Part shown: one piece after another, positions 63,701 through 64,000 of the stretch
Layout of the letters: every line of letters begins with the position of its first letter
How positions within the stretch are numbered: the stretch's first letter is position 1
Assembly (NCBI GenBank): GCA_965644295.1
Contig: CBFFRP010000427.1
Span: forward strand, 83,167 to 147,166
Source of the DNA: Paraphysomonas bandaiensis
Taxonomy: Eukaryota > Protista > Chrysophyceae
DNA length: 64,000 nt
Reading direction: 5' to 3'
Notes under the pieces: generated by a model
Seen by the model: the letters and a program-made list of their open reading frames with translations, nothing else
What the model was told of the DNA's origin: nothing
The model's database searches: none
Made by a program: the position numbers and the translations under genes

Positions 63701-64000
63701 GGAGCAAGTGGAAGATAAGACTCCTATTCACATCGCCGATATAAAGTGGATGAGTGAAGACCTTGCAACAAGAGCATCTGCAAGTTCTGGATCTCGCGAC
63801 GACGGGACCAGCGGACATTTATCACAGCAGTTGACTGGGACGGTTCCATCCCCTTCTGACTTCGTAAGTGCTCCGGAGAGGAAGCTCCATCAGATCGCTC
63901 ATCAAGGGGCAGGCGTGCAATGGCTCCGGTGGTGGTGACGAATGTGTCAGTTTTGGGTGAGATGCATTTATTGTCGTCATGTGTCGAAGACGAGTGCAGC
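60755..64000 (+). mobile_element. Second Ty1/copia retrotransposon, degenerate (partial LTR, gag, protease, integrase); continues beyond the window
   Basis: Two CCHC knuckles (CSFCMKKGHTASVC, CFHCGSKEHKAAEC), protease YLDSCA, pre-integrase LLHERAGH..CKWC, integrase VDI..HADGG..PELNGVSER. The order is copia-type and there are several frameshifts and stops. Confidence 0.92.

Overview
This is eukaryotic nuclear DNA, most likely from a stramenopile (inferred from a SIG1/mastigoneme-type EGF gene and the hAT and histidine-kinase types present). Introns are GT-AG and very short, mostly 42-58 nt. Recognisable genes: VPS45, NAA15, SEC31 (with an extra WW domain), a cytochrome P450 reductase-like diflavin enzyme, a membrane-anchored 3xKH protein, a multi-pass hybrid histidine kinase lacking both phospho-acceptor residues, a frameshifted PC-esterase/TBL-like gene, a secreted DxD-like protein and tRNA-Thr(UGU). 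Intergenic space holds hAT relics (two with intact TIRs and 8-bp TSDs), a LINE fragment, a non-autonomous retroposon family sharing its tail, two copia relics and two long (TATG)n tracts. The standout is a 7-exon gene at 44949..29454 (minus strand) predicted to encode a ~5,060-aa secreted protein. It has a signal peptide, a mastigoneme-like EGF head, ~4,500 aa of Gly-rich beta-repeats resembling phage tail fibres, and a C-terminal peptidase S74 self-cleaving trimerisation chaperone with an intact Ser-Lys dyad. All gene models were spliced by hand and no database searches were run.
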